DNA of 64,000 nucleotides from Gemmatimonadota bacterium. GTDB lineage: Bacteria; Gemmatimonadota; Gemmatimonadetes; Palauibacterales; KS3-K002. A program made the position numbers and the translations under genes. The DNA is taken from positions 64,001-128,000 of the forward strand of contig JBDHJS010000004.1 of assembly GCA_039586795.1 (NCBI GenBank), written 5' to 3'. Positions 61,299 to 64,000 of the stretch are shown one piece after another. Below the pieces are notes generated by a model. It did no database searches, had not been told where the DNA came from, and was given only the letters and a program-made list of their open reading frames with translations. Positions within the stretch are counted from its first letter, which is position 1, and the number at the start of each line of letters is the position of its first letter.

Positions 61299-62774
61299 TT
61301 GAGAGCCAAGAACGCTACAATCGTCTTCATCGGCCTGGCTGGCCTTTACTGGAGTTGCCGGGCGGCGCCAGGATCGCAGGAACGGACGGTCGACATCACC
61401 GAAGGGGACATGCAGGCCCGGGTGCACTTCCTTGCGGCCGATCGCCTCGAGGGCCGAGCGACGCCTTCCACCGGGCTGGATATCGCCGCGGCCTACGTGG
61501 TGTCGGAGTTCCAACGGTTCGGACTCGAAGCGCCGGCGGGTGGCCACGAACAGCGCTATCGGCTGGCGATGACCGAGATGGGAGATGGCTGGTCTCTGGT
61601 GCTTCGGCGCGGCAGCCGGCGTGCGACGCTTCGGCACTCTTCGGACTACTGGGGTCTGCCGTGGGCGGCCGGCAACGTGGCCGGCCGGTTGAGATTCGTG
61701 GGAAGCTCGCCACCTGCCGGATTGGTCGAGACCGACGGTCCCACGGTTTGGGTCGCCCGTCTCGCTCTCGGCGCTCAACCACGCTACTGGCTGCGCGCAG
61801 CGGCCGATGCTGGCGCGGCCGGCCTGATCTTCACGCTGCCATCGGATGTCGAGACGATCATGCGTGAGATGATCGGCTCTGGGGATATGATGTACGAACT
61901 GGGCGACGTTGAGGCGAGCCTGCCCGCGGTGTTGATCAGCGAGACGGCTTTTGCGGGAGCATTCGAGCAGTTAGGCCTCCAGACGCAGACCGCCAACGCG
62001 TCAGCCGACGGCAGCGTGATGAGCGCTCGTGTCGAGATCACAGCGGACCTTCAGGTCAGGACGTCCGCGGCTCCAAACGTCGTCGGCATCGTGCGCGGCA
62101 GAGATCAGAGCTTGCGGGATCAATACGTGTTGGTCAGCGCCCACATGGATGGGTTGGGTGTCGGTCGACCGGTAGACGGTGATTCGATCTATAACGGCGC
62201 CGATGACAACGCGTCCGGCACGGCAGCGGTGCTCGAGGTCGCGGAGGCGATCGCCGCGCTCGATGTCGCTCCTCGACGGTCGGTCATATTCTTGCTGGTC
62301 AGCGGTGAGGAGAGGGGCCTGCTCGGTTCTTCATGGTTTGTCGAGCACCCACCGATCCCGCTCAACAGGATCGTCGCCAACGTCAACGTGGACATGATCG
62401 GGCGTAATTGGGAGGATACGATCTCGATCATCGGCAAGCCTTACTCGACGTTGGGCACGACGATCGACAGCGTGGCAACCGCGCACCCGGAGCTCGGCAT
62501 GGCGACCGTCGGAGATCGCTGGCCGTCGGAAGGCTTCTTCTTCCGATCCGATCATTTCAACTTCGCGCGGAAGGGCATACCGGCGGTCTTTCTGTTCAAC
62601 GGCGTTCATGAAGACTACCACATGCCCTCCGATGAGGCGGACAAGATCAAGTTCGGCAAGGCGACTCGCATCGCGCGGCTGATCTATGAGGTCACGCTGG
62701 CGCTGGCGAACGCCGAGGAGCCGCCGCGTTGGGACAGAACAGCTCGAGAGAGGATCGTCGAGGAATCGCGGTGA
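61299..62774 (+). CDS. M28 family peptidase lipoprotein
   Basis: LEGR.TPS, SAHMD, NGADDNASG, GEERGLLGS, RSDH, YH..SD. Confidence 0.92.
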   Translation: MRAKNATIVFIGLAGLYWSCRAAPGSQERTVDITEGDMQARVHFLAADRLEGRATPSTGLDIAAAYVVSEFQRFGLEAPAGGHEQRYRLAMTEMGDGWSLVLRRGSRRATLRHSSDYWGLPWAAGNVAGRLRFVGSSPPAGLVETDGPTVWVARLALGAQPRYWLRAAADAGAAGLIFTLPSDVETIMREMIGSGDMMYELGDVEASLPAVLISETAFAGAFEQLGLQTQTANASADGSVMSARVEITADLQVRTSAAPNVVGIVRGRDQSLRDQYVLVSAHMDGLGVGRPVDGDSIYNGADDNASGTAAVLEVAEAIAALDVAPRRSVIFLLVSGEERGLLGSSWFVEHPPIPLNRIVANVNVDMIGRNWEDTISIIGKPYSTLGTTIDSVATAHPELGMATVGDRWPSEGFFFRSDHFNFARKGIPAVFLFNGVHEDYHMPSDEADKIKFGKATRIARLIYEVTLALANAEEPPRWDRTARERIVEESR

Positions 62775-63661
62775 CGCGATTTGGTCCCGCCGGCTGGAGT
62801 TATGACGACTGGCAGGGCATCGTCTATCCTCGATCGCGACCGAAGTCGTTCGATCCACTGTCGTTCCTGGCCCGTTACTTCGATACGATAGAGATCAACT
62901 CCACGTTCTATCGGCCGCCCAGACCGGATGTGCCACCTCGTTGGGCTAAGCGCGTCGCCGACAACCGCAACTTCAAGTTCACGGTCAAGCTGTGGCAGCG
63001 ATTCACGCATCAGCGTGACAGCGCCTGGACGGCTGACGAAGCGGGGGCAGTTCGTGCCGGCCTCGAACCCCTGGCCGAACGTGACCGGCTCGGCGCCGTT
63101 CTCGTCCAGTTCCCGTGGTCGTTCAAGTCCAGCGATGCGTCAGTGGAGTGGCTGGGGGACATCGTAGCTGAGTTCTCCGACTTCCCACTCGTCATCGAAG
63201 TCCGCCACGCGTCCTGGAATCAGTCCGACTTCCACCGGTGGCTGAACGATCGCAACGCCGGATTCGTAAACATCGACCAGCCGCTCTTCAGCCGCTCCAT
63301 CGGCCCGAGCGCCGAGGCGAGCGGGCGCGTCGGCTATGTCAGACTGCACGGCCGCAACTACGAAGACTGGTTTCGGGAAGGTGCGGGCAGAGACGCACGC
63401 TACGACTATCTGTACTCGAGTCAGGAGCTTGAGCCGTGGGTCGAACGAATTAAGGAACTTGCCGAAGGCGGAGTCGTGGAGGATGTGTACGTCGTAACCA
63501 ACAACCACTTCCGGGGCCAGGCCGTCGCCAACGCGGTCATGTTGAGCTCGATGATACGCGGCCAGAAAGTCCCGGCCCCTGAAGAGCTGTACAACGCATT
63601 CGCCGACCAACTGGCTCCTTTCGCCCACCCCGATACCGGCCCGCAATCAAGCCTACTGTAG
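62771..63661 (+). CDS. DUF72 (YecE-like) protein
   Basis: GPAGWSY.DW, EINSTFY, YVRLHGRN, RYDYLYS, NNH; GTGA overlap with the M28 gene. Confidence 0.92.
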   Translation: MTRFGPAGWSYDDWQGIVYPRSRPKSFDPLSFLARYFDTIEINSTFYRPPRPDVPPRWAKRVADNRNFKFTVKLWQRFTHQRDSAWTADEAGAVRAGLEPLAERDRLGAVLVQFPWSFKSSDASVEWLGDIVAEFSDFPLVIEVRHASWNQSDFHRWLNDRNAGFVNIDQPLFSRSIGPSAEASGRVGYVRLHGRNYEDWFREGAGRDARYDYLYSSQELEPWVERIKELAEGGVVEDVYVVTNNHFRGQAVANAVMLSSMIRGQKVPAPEELYNAFADQLAPFAHPDTGPQSSLL

Positions 63662-63719
63662 ACCTGATATCAGGCCAGACTCGTCGCCCGTCACGTACGA
63701 CGACCGACGGACGTCGGGT

Positions 63720-63823
63720 GTCGAACGTCGATCGCCCAACAGGAATCGAACGTCGAGCGCCGGCTGTCCGCTGTCGGCTGTCGAGATGAGAAAAGGCCGG
63801 CTCGAAGAGCCGGCCTTTATCCT
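63720..63823. repeat. 104-bp dispersed intergenic repeat, copy 2
   Basis: Near-identical to 45563-45666. Confidence 0.92.
63792..63818. terminator. Bidirectional intrinsic terminator
   Basis: AAAGGCCGGCTC-GAA-GAGCCGGCCTTT between convergent genes. Confidence 0.85.
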
Positions 63824-63850
63824 TTGTCTCCACACCCAGCCATACTCGAT

Positions 63851-64000
63851 CTAGTAGCCCACCCCCGGCCAAACGCTAACCGAAAGCGATGCCGCCACCC
63901 CATCACCGGCGCCGATCCCCCATCTCCCGGCGGAGAAATCCACATGAACGGGGCCAGCATAGATCCCGATGCCGCCGGTGATCGCCAGATTGTTGAAGTC
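63851..64000 (-). CDS. C-terminal end of a probable outer-membrane beta-barrel protein (partial)
   Basis: Open frame ...LAITGGIGIYAGPVHVDFSAG...SLSVSVWPGVGY-stop, with alternating beta-strand pattern. Confidence 0.55.
   Translation of the reverse strand, partial: DFNNLAITGGIGIYAGPVHVDFSAGRWGIGAGDGVAASLSVSVWPGVGY

Noticed and set aside
45563..63823. Composite transposon or genomic island bounded by the direct repeats
   Set aside because: The enclosed genes are core (holB, ftsEX, surA, mfd), with no integrase or transposase and no visible composition shift.

Overview
A high-GC, gene-dense bacterial core-genome segment. Gene content and order suggest Gemmatimonadota, which is an inference and not a database result. 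I see no rRNA, tRNA, CRISPR array, integrase or transposase. The + strand (1-45.5 kb) carries yebC-ruvCAB-queA-tgt-yajC-def-fmt-thiE-thiS-thiG-rsmB-PASTA-TlpA-YbbR-tsaD-lgt-phosphoesterase-tamA-tamB. It continues with htpX-DAG kinase-uvrA-CDP-alcohol phosphotransferase, a PrdB/GrdB-family selenoprotein, DinB, two tandem membrane-anchored Ser/Thr kinases, a pspA/YbjN module, DUF1611-acpS, guaB, a class V aminotransferase and an MltD-like enzyme. A - strand block (45.7-61.1 kb) holds DUF58-BatA-mfd-two PPIases-pdxA-ftsEX-envC-holB-moaC-SLT, followed on + by an M28 peptidase and DUF72. The best find is an orphan PrdB-like selenoprotein that the ORF track splits in two. It has an in-frame UGA in a U-P-T-C motif plus a candidate SECIS hairpin, and no reductase partner genes lie in the window. 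Other observations: probable non-canonical starts (ATA for def, CTG for rsmB and the AI-2E gene), intergenic elements built from heptamer units (including a 104-bp repeat present twice), an unlisted 49-aa membrane ORF behind a near-consensus promoter, two gene relics, and an SDR with HxxxK in place of YxxxK.
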